Source of the DNA: Paracoccaceae bacterium | Lineage (GTDB): Bacteria; Pseudomonadota; Alphaproteobacteria; Rhodobacterales; Rhodobacteraceae | Assembly (NCBI GenBank): GCA_963662705.2 | Contig: OY759767.1 | Location: 1,988,833 to 2,052,832, forward strand | DNA: 64,000 nucleotides | Direction: 5' to 3' | Shown here: piece by piece, positions 20,429 through 29,688 of the stretch | How the letters are laid out: each line of letters starts with the position of its first letter | How positions within the stretch are numbered: the first letter of the stretch is position 1 | Made by a program: the position numbers and the translations under genes | The notes under the pieces: model-generated | Seen by the model: only the letters and a program-made list of their open reading frames with translations | Told to the model about the DNA's origin: nothing | Databases searched by the model: none

Positions 20429-21463
20429 TTACGACAATTCATGCCCTTGCGTATTTTCTCGCATGATCAGTTCAACCGGCACCCGCGATTCCTTGAACGG
20501 CTCACCGTTGTGCTGCGCCAGCAGTGTCTGGATGGTCAGCTGGGCGGTTCGTTTCAGGTCCTGGTGAATTACGGCTTTCATCGAGCCTTCCATAAGATAC
20601 CGTCGGGTCGTAGCCGTCAGATTGTGACCGAACAGTATGATTTCTTGCGATCGACCATGCTCCTTGATTGCCTCAACGACGCCGTGATTGCCGGCACCGA
20701 CGCTGTAAATTCCGACGATGTCCGAGTATTCCTTGAGCATCTGGTCAACTTGTCGATAGTTGCCATCTGAATCGTCACCGCCGGATACCAGGTCCAGCAC
20801 TTCCAGTTCTGGAAATTCTGCGCGCAGGACACTTCGAAAGCCGATTTCCCTTAGCTCGTGGCTGCGATAGAGTTGGCCGCCCCACAATACAGCGACCCGC
20901 CCCGGCCGATGTATGAGTTGACCCATCAGGAACCCGGCGGCGCGACCGGCGGCGCGATTGTCCATACCAACGACAGGAACGTTCAACGATCCGTCGAAGC
21001 CCGACGAAATACAGACGACCGGTATGCCTTCGTCGATAATACAGGCGACTGCGTCAGATACGGCGGGGTGGTCGAGTGCAATGAAAGCAATCCCCGACGC
21101 GCCGCGCTCGCGCATTCTATCAAGCTGACTGGCCAAAGCCGCTGGGTTCATCTTTTCGACGAAAGAACAGGTCACACCGACCTGATTCGCCTGGCCGTGC
21201 GCTTGTGAAGATCGCGCAAAAAACGACGTACCCGCCTCGTTATCCTTTGGAAGAAGAATTTCAAAATGACTCCGAGGTGGCTGAGGTCGGTCGCGCATGC
21301 TTCCCGGCTTTCGTGCCATAACGACTTCCATCGCCTGGCGGACACGCCGCTCCATCGCTTCCGAAACGCCGTCCCGGTCGTTCAGAACCCGGTCGACCGT
21401 CGCCGTGCCGACCCCCGCCTCGCGTGCGACATCCGCTATCCGCACCGGCCGCCTACGTTTCAT
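20429..21463 (-). CDS. LacI family transcriptional regulator
   Basis: HTH text VRIADVAREAGVGTATVDRVLN followed by a periplasmic-binding-protein-like core. The start is set at ATG 21463 (MKRRRP). Confidence 0.9.
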   Translation of the reverse strand: MKRRRPVRIADVAREAGVGTATVDRVLNDRDGVSEAMERRVRQAMEVVMARKPGSMRDRPQPPRSHFEILLPKDNEAGTSFFARSSQAHGQANQVGVTCSFVEKMNPAALASQLDRMRERGASGIAFIALDHPAVSDAVACIIDEGIPVVCISSGFDGSLNVPVVGMDNRAAGRAAGFLMGQLIHRPGRVAVLWGGQLYRSHELREIGFRSVLRAEFPELEVLDLVSGGDDSDGNYRQVDQMLKEYSDIVGIYSVGAGNHGVVEAIKEHGRSQEIILFGHNLTATTRRYLMEGSMKAVIHQDLKRTAQLTIQTLLAQHNGEPFKESRVPVELIMRENTQGHELS

Positions 21464-21521
21464 TCGAGCTCCGTTCGTTTTATTTTGACCAAGTAACCGG
21501 TTTGTATCCTGATTTCGAATG

Positions 21522-21594
21522 TGATGCATCAAAAATTGCGGCAAATGATGTAAAATCGCATTGATGTAATTGCTCATTGATGGCATAATTGATG
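21522..21594. promoter_or_regulatory. Candidate operator/promoter array between lacI and the SBP gene
   Basis: Perfect 10-bp palindrome TGATGCATCA (21522-21531). Three direct ATTGATG copies at 21560-66, 21576-82 and 21588-94. Sigma70-like TTGATG (21561-66), 17-nt spacer, CATAAT (21584-89). This is the most AT-rich stretch of the window. Confidence 0.4.
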
Positions 21595-21619
21595 TGCAAA
21601 TTGAATGGGAGGATCAATC

Positions 21620-23116
21620 ATGTTACATGAAACAGCAATCAAGAATACATCGCTGCAACCGGATTTCTGGCATCCATTCTCAACGAAATGGGCAATGAAA
21701 ATCGCCGTCGGGGCTGTTGCCGTCCTCGCTGCGATGTTGCCCGCAGAGGAAGTCAGGGCTCAGGATGACGAGGTACACCTGACGATCTGGCCCGGCCGAT
21801 ACACCCCAACCCGGGTGATGGCAACAGCCGGGGGCGGTACGAAATCGAGCGCAATTCAGGGCATCGACCCCATTATTGCCGCGTACCAAGAGTTGCATCC
21901 CAATGTGACGATCGAAGTGATCGGGCAGTCCATCAATGCGGACACACGGCGCTGGATGGTTACGCAACTGACTGGTGGGGTTGCGCCCGACATCATGTGG
22001 TATTTGGGAGATTGGGCAGTCGAGGATTTTCGCAAGAAATGGCTGGTCCCGATCAACGAGTATCTCGAACGGCCAAACCCCTACATTGAGGCAGGTCAAC
22101 CCGGGTCGGAACGGTGGCGCGACCTGTTTTTCCCCCAGATCGAAGTCTGGAAAGCGCCCAATGGCGAATTGTATGTTGTCCTAGCCGATCAAATCCAGGT
22201 CGGAATCTACTATAACAAGGACCTGTTCGCGGAAGCGGGAGTGGACGGCGTACCCAATAACTGGGAAGAGATGATGGTCGCTGCAGAAAAGATCCAGGCG
22301 ACCGGTGCGTATGGCTTCGCCGCCACGGGCAACAACCTGCATCAGCTGACCTGGGTTTCCGGCTGGCTGACCAATTTCTTCTACCATCCCGAGATCAGCA
22401 AACATGACAAAGACGGGGATGGCGTGCTGGACAAGGTCGAAATGGCAACAGCAGTCAAGGAAGGAACCTATTCCTACAACGACGAACGCAATCGCGCCCG
22501 GTTGATGGAACTGAAACGTTTCTCCGACTATTGGCAGCCCGGTGCGCTAGGTACCGACATGGGCGCCGCTGTCCGGTTGTTTGTCACCGGTAGGGCGGGA
22601 ATGCTGGTTGTCGGCACGTGGATGCTGCCAACCATCACCGAGGATCCGAATAGAGATTTCGACTTTGGCATATTCTATCTGCCGGTTGTCGATTCCGCGA
22701 CATCGGACCTGATTCCTGACGGAGTTCCGCCAACGAACAAGTCCGCGGGGTACGGTTCATTCCAGTACGCGGTGACAAATACCGCGGTAGAGAGCGGCGA
22801 AGTCGAGGCGGCGATAGACTTCCTCATGTTCGCAACCCAGCCTGATCAGCTGAACCAGATGATCCTTGAAGGCGGAATCGCGTTGCCCGGTGTGCATGGT
22901 GCACCGCCCAATCCCGATCTGGAAGATTTCAAGGAATCCGTGACTCTGGCTCGGGCGCCTTATCAGGAAGACGACTCGATGTTCGATTCCGTTTTCGCCG
23001 AGAAGTTCCTGGTCGTCACGTCTCCGTATCTTTCGGGGGACCAGACGCTGGATGAAACGGTCGATCGCCTTAATGCCGAAATGGACCAGGCTGCCGATCG
23101 CGTCCTCGGAAACTAG
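21620..23116 (+). CDS. CUT1 sugar ABC transporter substrate-binding protein
   Basis: Family-1 extracellular solute-binding text with a signal-like segment (AVGAVAVLAAMLPA). GGGAGGA lies about 7 nt before ATG 21620. The track start at 21605 overlaps that SD. Confidence 0.85.
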   Translation: MLHETAIKNTSLQPDFWHPFSTKWAMKIAVGAVAVLAAMLPAEEVRAQDDEVHLTIWPGRYTPTRVMATAGGGTKSSAIQGIDPIIAAYQELHPNVTIEVIGQSINADTRRWMVTQLTGGVAPDIMWYLGDWAVEDFRKKWLVPINEYLERPNPYIEAGQPGSERWRDLFFPQIEVWKAPNGELYVVLADQIQVGIYYNKDLFAEAGVDGVPNNWEEMMVAAEKIQATGAYGFAATGNNLHQLTWVSGWLTNFFYHPEISKHDKDGDGVLDKVEMATAVKEGTYSYNDERNRARLMELKRFSDYWQPGALGTDMGAAVRLFVTGRAGMLVVGTWMLPTITEDPNRDFDFGIFYLPVVDSATSDLIPDGVPPTNKSAGYGSFQYAVTNTAVESGEVEAAIDFLMFATQPDQLNQMILEGGIALPGVHGAPPNPDLEDFKESVTLARAPYQEDDSMFDSVFAEKFLVVTSPYLSGDQTLDETVDRLNAEMDQAADRVLGN

Positions 23117-23138
23117 TCCGGACAAGGCATAATCTGCC

Positions 23139-24101
23139 TTGCCAGTTGAAGGTGAAGCGCTTTCGCGTCCGGTAGTAAGTGCACGCCGCCGACGGCGGCG
23201 TGCACTCAACAAGTTTCCGGTATATCTGTGCCTGATTCCGGCGCTGATCTTTTTGGTAGTCTTCAGCTACTACCCGTTTTTCTCTGCCTTTTATCACAGC
23301 TTGTTCAAATGGGACGGCGTGAATTCGACATTTGTCGGGTTCAAGAATTTTATCGATTTGGCCAGTGACGAACGGCTTGGTCCGTCGGTCAAGAACATCT
23401 TCATACTCACCAGCGCGGGCGTTTTCTTTGCTCTGACCTTGCCGCTGATCGCGGCGGTTTTCATTCATAATCTGAAGTCCGGAAAAATGAGCACAGTCTA
23501 TCGCTTCGTATTCACGATGCCACTGGTCATTCCGTGGGTGGTTACTGTTCTGGTCTGGCAGTTTCTTTACGATCCGTTGGATGGGCCCATAAACCGGTTC
23601 CTGATCGCTGTGGGATATCCCGAGTTCGTTCGTGCCTGGCTAGCCGACCCGGATATCGCAATCTTTGCGATCGCGCTCATCGGCGGTGGAGGCACCGGCG
23701 TTGGCTTTCCTTTCGTGGCTGGTTTGAACCTTCTTGTCTACTTGTCTGGACTGAACAACATTTCAAGCGAGGTCAAAGAGGCGGCCATTCTTGAAGGCGC
23801 CACGAGTTGGCAAATGTTTCGCAACATTGAATTGCCGCTCATTAGAACGCAGATCCGAATTAACCTGGTGATGACAATAATCACGCAGCTTCAGACGTTT
23901 CATACCATCATTCTTCTGACACGCGGCGGACCTGGCTACTCGACGATGGTGCCGGGAATGGCGATGTATCAGGATGCTTTCGAGTTCAGTCGCATGGGTT
24001 ACGCGTCGGCAATTGGCGTCGTCCTGTTCGTGATCATGCTGGTCATCACGTTGGTTGCCAATAATCGCCTGCGTACCACCACAGACTTTGATCCGAATTG
24101 A
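23139..24101 (+). CDS. CUT1 sugar ABC permease (MalF/UgpA-like)
   Basis: Six helices and an EAA-type loop (SSEVKEAAILEGATSWQMFRNIELPL). TTG is the only in-frame start candidate upstream of the first TM. Confidence 0.82.
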   Translation: MPVEGEALSRPVVSARRRRRRALNKFPVYLCLIPALIFLVVFSYYPFFSAFYHSLFKWDGVNSTFVGFKNFIDLASDERLGPSVKNIFILTSAGVFFALTLPLIAAVFIHNLKSGKMSTVYRFVFTMPLVIPWVVTVLVWQFLYDPLDGPINRFLIAVGYPEFVRAWLADPDIAIFAIALIGGGGTGVGFPFVAGLNLLVYLSGLNNISSEVKEAAILEGATSWQMFRNIELPLIRTQIRINLVMTIITQLQTFHTIILLTRGGPGYSTMVPGMAMYQDAFEFSRMGYASAIGVVLFVIMLVITLVANNRLRTTTDFDPN

Positions 24102-24105
24102 AGCC

Positions 24106-24975
24106 ATGTCGACTTTGATCAAACCCAAACCCAAGCACCGGCGACCCGAACTGATGGCCGTCTTGCGGAAAGAGGATCGGGTAAAGCACGCCTATCTGTT
24201 GGTCATGGCGCTCCTGACCTTCTTTCCTTTTTGGTTGTTGTTCGTCGTGTCCTTCAAGGATCTGCCACAGTTCTATCACAACGTCTGGACGCTCGATTAC
24301 CCGTTACATTTTGAAAATTACACATTGGCGTTCAGGGTTGTCGGCAAATACATTATCAACAGCGCGATCGTGACAGCAGCGACGATAGTCGGTGTATTGT
24401 TCGTCTCCAGTCTCGCGGCCTTTGCATTTGCCCGATACAGCTTCCCGGGCAGCAATTTCCTGTTCATGCTGATTATCAGCCTGTTGATGGTTCCTTCGGT
24501 CCTGACGATGGTCCCGGCTTTCGTCCTGGTCAAGAACCTCGGCATGCTCAACACCTTGTGGGGACTCATCCTGCCTGGAATCGCTGGCCTTCAGGTCTTT
24601 GCGATTTACCTGCTGCGCAACTTCATGGCCGGATTGCCGGAAGAGCTGTTCGAGGCCGCGAGGATGGACGGGGCGGGAATCTGGCGAAGCTATTGGCACG
24701 TCGCGTTGCCGCTGTCACGCCCGGTCCTCAGCATCGTCGTCATAACGTCGCTCCTGAACACATGGAACGACTTCATCTGGCCGCTTATCGTGATCAGTGA
24801 CGATGACTTGCGAACAATTCCGATCGGGCTCGCGTTTTTCCGAACGCAATATCAAACCGACTATGGTCCGCTCATGGCCGGTTACATCATTTCGCTTTTG
24901 CCGTTGCTGGTCGTGTTTCTGTTCATATCCAGAGAATTCGTGAGAGGTCTGACCGCGGGAGCCATCAAGATGTGA
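24106..24975 (+). CDS. CUT1 sugar ABC permease (MalG/UgpE-like)
   Basis: EAA loop ELFEAARMDGAGIWRSYWHVALPL. ATG 24106 lies 5 nt after the upstream stop. Confidence 0.88.
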   Translation: MSTLIKPKPKHRRPELMAVLRKEDRVKHAYLLVMALLTFFPFWLLFVVSFKDLPQFYHNVWTLDYPLHFENYTLAFRVVGKYIINSAIVTAATIVGVLFVSSLAAFAFARYSFPGSNFLFMLIISLLMVPSVLTMVPAFVLVKNLGMLNTLWGLILPGIAGLQVFAIYLLRNFMAGLPEELFEAARMDGAGIWRSYWHVALPLSRPVLSIVVITSLLNTWNDFIWPLIVISDDDLRTIPIGLAFFRTQYQTDYGPLMAGYIISLLPLLVVFLFISREFVRGLTAGAIKM

Positions 24976-25080
24976 ATCGGTCCAATCCCGCCTGGGCAGA
25001 GGGTAGGCGGATTAATGGCGCGTCTTGTCGAGGCGAGCTGATCGGCACCACACAAAAATTTACGAGAAGGACAATCGGGA

Positions 25081-27747
25081 ATGCCGTTTCGCATTTATGA
25101 TTTGAAAACCGAATTCGCGAAAAATCCGATCGGAATAGGAACGTACCGGCCACGGTTTTCATGGAAATACTGCCATCCGCGAAGCCGGGAAAAGGCGACT
25201 CATTTCCAGATCCTTGTCGCTTCGACCACGGAATCGCTCGCCTCTGGCAAAGGAGACCTTTGGGACAGCGGAAAGGTTCCGTCGAGCCGGTCGCCCCTGA
25301 TAGAATATGACGGCCATCCGCTGGAAAGCCGATCCGTAGGCCATTGGATGGTCCGCCTGTGGGATTCGGATGACTCCGCAAGCGGTTTCAGTGCGGCCGG
25401 TTCATTCGAGGTTGCCCTGCTTGAACAATCCGACTGGCAGGCGAACTGGGTCGGCTTTCCCGCCGGCCGTACCGGAAAGGCACTGTATTTTCGAAATTCC
25501 TACACACTGGAAAAACCGGTCGCCCGGGCTCGGTCCTATGTCTGCGGATTGGGCTGGTATGAATTCCGTATCAACGGGCAAAAGGTCGGCGACCGCGTGC
25601 TCGAACCGGCGCAGAGCGAGTTCAGCAAACGCGTGCTCTATTCCACGTATGACGTCAGCGAATATCTCAATTCGGGCGCCAATGTCGTCGGGGCAATCGT
25701 CGGAGCCGGCTGGTACGGTATGCCCAAGCTTGTCGCGCAGATCGAGGTCGTGTTCGCGGATGGCACGACGCGGCTGATGATCACCAATGGCCGAAACAAC
25801 AATGACGTCGATCTTTGGAAGGTTTCGGACGGTCCCATCGTTTCGAGCAGCGTATTCGACGGCGAAGTCTATGACGCTCGCCTCGAGAAGCCGGATTGGG
25901 ACCGATCGACAGGCGACGAGTCTTGCTACGTTCATGGCGGGGCATGGGTTTCGTCGATGGTCGTCGATCCCCCTGGCGGGAAATTGGTGCCCCAAACGAT
26001 GGAGCCGGTCCGTGTCGTCGATACCCTGAGGGCACGATCCATTGATCAGCCAAAACCGGGTGTATTCGTGCTGGACAATGGTCAGAATCTCGCCGGCTGG
26101 GCCGCGCTCACCGCTTCGGGTAAGCGTGACACGGCGACCACGATGCGTTTTGCCGAGTGCCTCTACGAAGACGGCACGGTCAACCAGGAAAACCTGCGTT
26201 TCGCCGAGGCGCGGGACAGATACATTTTTTCGAAAGACGGGACCCAGACTTGGGAACCGCGCTTTACCTATCACGGTTTCCGATACATACAGTTGGAAGG
26301 TTTTCCGGGTGAACCGACGGTCGACTGCATCGAAACAAAGGTCGTCCGCTCGGACGTCGCGGCAACCGGGCGGTTCAAGTCCTCGGATCCACTTGTCAAC
26401 CGCATCGAGAAATCCGTGCGATGGACAGAAGTGTCCAACCTGCATGGCCTGCCGACCGACTGCCCCCAGCGCGCAGAGCGCATGGGCTGGTTGAACGACA
26501 TGGCTGCCCGGTCCGAAGAACTGATCTACAATTTCGACGTTTCCCGATTCCTCCCCAAGTGGCTTGACGATATCGGAGACGCTCAAGATCCAGTATCCGG
26601 CGCGGTCTCCGACACCGCCCCGTTTCGCTGGGGCGCCAGGCCTGGAGATCCTGTCAGCGTCTGCTACGCCTTGATCCCCTGGCTCTTGTACCAGCACTAT
26701 GGCGACGAACGAGTCCTGGAAACCCATTTCCAGGGAATGAAACGCTGGGCCGACTACCTGACCTCAAGGACCAAGGATCACATTGTCGAGGATGGGTACA
26801 TCGGCGACTGGGCGCCCCCGGTTACAGAAGCGATTGCCGGGAGCATCGGGACGTCCGCCGTTTCGGCGCATACGCCCAGTGCGCTGATTTCGAGCGCCCA
26901 CTATTATCATCTGCTCAGACTCCTGATTCGGATTTCAACGGTAATCGATCGGGACGAAGACGGGCGCAGATTTCGCGAACTGGCGGCGAACGTCCACAGA
27001 GCCTTCAACCGGCGGTTTTGGGACGAACGGACAGGCGGCTATGCAAGCAACAACCAGGCCTGTAATTCCGTGGCGCTTTACATGGGCCTGGTACCGGACG
27101 AGAAAAAGACGTCGGTCCTGGCCAACATCGTCAAGGACGTGGAGGATCATGACTTCCATCTCACGACCGGAAATCTATGCACAAAATACATTTTTGACGT
27201 TCTCTCGGATGGCGGCGAAATTGACACCGCCTATCGCTTGTTGACACAAACAAGCTATCCAAGCTGGGGCTACATGTTCGAACGCGGCGCCACGACCATG
27301 TGGGAACGTTGGGAAGAGGGCACCGGTATCGGCATGAATTCCCATAACCATGGTATGTACGCTTCGATCGGTGCGTGGCTCTACAAGGCGTTGGCGGGCA
27401 TACGCGTGGGCCGCGACTGCAGCGGATTTTCAAGTGTGGTGATCGCTCCAAAGATTCCGTCAGGGCTGAAAGCGGTTGACGCCGCCCTCGATACGGTCAG
27501 GGGAACAATCGAGACGTCGTGGGAGAATACGGCGAGCGGGTTTTCATTGACAATCAGCGTGCCCCCAGGAGCGGACGCGGAAGTTCATTTCCCGAAATCG
27601 GGGAATCCGGACCGACAGCTGACCAAGAACGGCGCGGTGGTTGCCGAAAAATGTGCGTCCGGTATTTCGAACATCCGTAGTGAAAGAGACTCCATTGTGT
27701 TCAACGCCCGATCAGGAAAACACCAATTTGGCTTGACATCGACCTGA
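25081..27747 (+). CDS. Alpha-L-rhamnosidase (glycoside hydrolase family 78)
   Basis: 888 aa. It contains FRYIQLEG and the TDCPQRAERMGWLND motif, plus a six-hairpin C-terminal half (MWERWE) typical of GH78. Confidence 0.85.
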   Translation: MPFRIYDLKTEFAKNPIGIGTYRPRFSWKYCHPRSREKATHFQILVASTTESLASGKGDLWDSGKVPSSRSPLIEYDGHPLESRSVGHWMVRLWDSDDSASGFSAAGSFEVALLEQSDWQANWVGFPAGRTGKALYFRNSYTLEKPVARARSYVCGLGWYEFRINGQKVGDRVLEPAQSEFSKRVLYSTYDVSEYLNSGANVVGAIVGAGWYGMPKLVAQIEVVFADGTTRLMITNGRNNNDVDLWKVSDGPIVSSSVFDGEVYDARLEKPDWDRSTGDESCYVHGGAWVSSMVVDPPGGKLVPQTMEPVRVVDTLRARSIDQPKPGVFVLDNGQNLAGWAALTASGKRDTATTMRFAECLYEDGTVNQENLRFAEARDRYIFSKDGTQTWEPRFTYHGFRYIQLEGFPGEPTVDCIETKVVRSDVAATGRFKSSDPLVNRIEKSVRWTEVSNLHGLPTDCPQRAERMGWLNDMAARSEELIYNFDVSRFLPKWLDDIGDAQDPVSGAVSDTAPFRWGARPGDPVSVCYALIPWLLYQHYGDERVLETHFQGMKRWADYLTSRTKDHIVEDGYIGDWAPPVTEAIAGSIGTSAVSAHTPSALISSAHYYHLLRLLIRISTVIDRDEDGRRFRELAANVHRAFNRRFWDERTGGYASNNQACNSVALYMGLVPDEKKTSVLANIVKDVEDHDFHLTTGNLCTKYIFDVLSDGGEIDTAYRLLTQTSYPSWGYMFERGATTMWERWEEGTGIGMNSHNHGMYASIGAWLYKALAGIRVGRDCSGFSSVVIAPKIPSGLKAVDAALDTVRGTIETSWENTASGFSLTISVPPGADAEVHFPKSGNPDRQLTKNGAVVAEKCASGISNIRSERDSIVFNARSGKHQFGLTST

Positions 27748-27939
27748 ACGGTGTCTGCCGGAAATCCCCATTTTTTCCGATGGCGGACTACGGTTTCAAC
27801 GGATCTTGTTGGCGCACAGCTGCAATTCGCCTCGTCTCGGGATGTTGACACGTCTCGGGCCGCAGGATTTCTGACTTCGGGACTGAATATCGCGACTATT
27901 GCCGCCATCGGCGACATAGGGGGCCGTCCCGCTCTGGGC

Positions 27940-28829
27940 ATCACGTCATCGGCGCGCCTTTCGAAGCGGCTGAAGACCGATACGATGGATGTCGAGGCCG
28001 AGAAGCTGTGACCGCACAACTCCTCGGCGTCGACGAACTCGAACGTGGTGAAGCGCCTGGACGCGCAGCTGGGGCCTTTGAGCGGCGGCGCCTCGAGGAG
28101 CCGTATCCGTACCTGATTCTGGATGCCCGCTACGAGAAGGTGCGGGAGAACGGTGTTGTGGGGGCCCGGGCGGTTCTGATTGCGCTCGGCATTGACCGTG
28201 ACGGCCGGCGCTTGGTTCTGGGTGTGGAACTGGCCAACCGGGAGAGCCGGTCCTCATGGAAGGACTTTCTGCCGGATCTTCGGGGCCGCGGCCTCGGCGG
28301 TGTTGAGTTCGTGGTCTCCGACGATCATGCCGGCCTCCGTCAAGCGATCCCGGAGGTTCTGCCGCAGGCGGCCTGACAGCGGTGTTATGTTCAGTTTCTC
28401 CGGAACGCGCTGGATCACATGCCGCGCAAGCGCGACGACGACTGCCTGCAGTTGCTGCGCTGGCTCCAAGACCGGCGCGATCTCGAGGAGGCCCGGGCCG
28501 GCTTGGCGGCCTGGCTGATCAGCTGGCAGACGAAGTATCCAAAGCTCACGGCCTGGGAAGAGGACACGATCGAGGAGACGCTGTCGTTCTACAGCCTGCC
28601 ACGCCAGCACCACAAACACCTGAAGTCGACGAACATGCTGGAGCGCTTCAATCAGGAGATCAAGTGCCGGACGCACATCGTCCGGGTGTTTCCGACCCCG
28701 CAGAGCTGTCTGCGACTGGTGCTGGCGCTGGCCATAGAGACCCATGAAGACTGGCTGGAGGCCAACCGGTATCTGAACATGATCCACTTGCGGGAGCACC
28801 GCCGGGACCGGCTGCGGATGGCCGCCTGA
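27940..28829 (+). pseudogene. IS256-family (Mutator-type) transposase remnant, 5'-truncated or degenerate, with an in-frame TGA
   Basis: The text ..AFERRRLEEPYPYLILDARYEKVRENG..DGRR.VLG..SDDHAGL..PQAA*QRCYVQFLRNALDHMP..HLKSTNMLERFNQEIKCRTHIVRVFP.. is a typical IS256 transposase core and C-terminus. TGA at 28374-28376 replaces the Trp of the conserved WQRC motif. The upstream frame ends at TGA 28009-28011. There is no room for the N-terminal 150 or more aa, because the rhamnosidase gene ends at 27747. Confidence 0.8.
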
Positions 28830-28841
28830 CGGCGGCGATTT

Positions 28842-28883
28842 CTGTCTGCACCGGCGCGCCCGCGGGCGCGCCGGTGCAGACAG
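28842..28883. repeat. 42-bp perfect GC-rich palindrome (19-bp arms CTGTCTGCACCGGCGCGCC around CGCG)
   Basis: Read directly from the sequence. It begins 13 nt after the IS256 remnant stop and ends 107 nt before tRNA-Ser. No U-tract follows on either strand. Confidence 0.9.
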
Positions 28884-28990
28884 GCCCCCAAACTCAACAG
28901 GAGTACCCAATCGAAATTGCAGAAAACTATAGGCATAACTGTAGAGTCTTGCCGCCTGCTTCCACACAGTATAATCGGCTATGAGTTCAA

Positions 28991-29080
28991 GGAGAGGTGG
29001 CCGAGTGGTCGAAGGCGCACGCCTGGAACGCGTGTAGGCGGGGAACCGTCTCCAGGGTTCGAATCCCTGTCTCTCCGCCA
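28991..29080 (+). tRNA. tRNA-Ser (anticodon GGA)
   Basis: Manual cloverleaf. The acceptor stem GGAGAGG pairs with TCTCTCC. The anticodon stem is CACGC/GCGTG with loop CTGGAAC. It has a long variable arm, a T-arm CAGGG-TTCGAAT-CCCTG and an encoded CCA. Confidence 0.97.
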
Positions 29081-29373
29081 TCAAGCCGATCCGGGTCCGG
29101 AAGGCGACCCCACTACCTCGATTGACGGCCGCTTCGATCCAACTATTCCGCGGACCTCCGCCTCGCGGCGGGCACGTCGTGCGAAACATCCAACACTGAC
29201 GAGAGCGCCATTGCGGCGAGCAAACCAAGCTTCGCCGTTCCCGCGTATGGACCCTGTAGCGACCCAGCCGAGGCCCTTTTGGCCTCCGCATGCCTGTTGC
29301 TGCACCGGCTCGATTCAAGGCACAGACTTTCTGAATCACAGGTCTCCGCCATTCAGGATTGCAGCTGTTCGGA

Positions 29374-29688
29374 TCAGCGTTCGATTTGTACGAACACGCG
29401 ACTGCCATCCACCCTTACCGCGTATGTCCCGAGGTCAACGCTGACTGGCGCTGAAAGTGCCTTGCCCGTGCAGATATCAAAGCGTCCACCATGCAGGGGA
29501 CATTCGATCACACAGTCCGTAACCAGACCATATTCGAGGCTCTCTGCTTCATGAGTGCACATCAGATCAGTGGCAAAGAACCCCTTACTGGTTTTGTAGA
29601 TGGCATAGGCATGCCCGCCGTATTCCCATGCGATCAGGTCACCTTCGTCAATGTCTTCCGTTCCACAGGCGTCAATCCATTGAGTCAT
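29374..29688 (-). CDS. Rieske [2Fe-2S] ferredoxin-type protein
   Basis: 104 aa with CTH..(17 aa)..CPLHGGRF Rieske ligand motifs. AAGGAAAGAG SD upstream. Confidence 0.85.
   Translation of the reverse strand: MTQWIDACGTEDIDEGDLIAWEYGGHAYAIYKTSKGFFATDLMCTHEAESLEYGLVTDCVIECPLHGGRFDICTGKALSAPVSVDLGTYAVRVDGSRVFVQIER

Noticed and set aside
27751-28011. 86-aa ORF immediately after the rhamnosidase gene as an independent gene
   Set aside because: Its C-terminal text (..ALGITSSARLSKRLKTDTMDVEAEKL) looks like degenerate IS256 transposase sequence in a different frame from the main remnant. I treat it as part of the fossil.
28374-28376. TGA in the IS256 transposase as programmed read-through or recoding
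   Set aside because: The element also lacks its N-terminal third and has further disruptions near 28.0 kb. Read-through could not yield a functional enzyme, so simple decay is the better explanation.
29081-29373. Integrase, prophage or integrative element next to tRNA-Ser(GGA), and likewise next to tRNA-Ser(CGA)
   Set aside because: No tyrosine- or serine-recombinase-like ORF appears in any frame near either tRNA. I found no direct repeat of the tRNA 3' end. Only IS elements are present.
28254-29408. 384-aa minus-strand ORF
   Set aside because: It runs antisense through the IS256 remnant, the 42-bp palindrome and the whole tRNA-Ser(GGA) gene. It has no recognisable domain and is a composition artefact.
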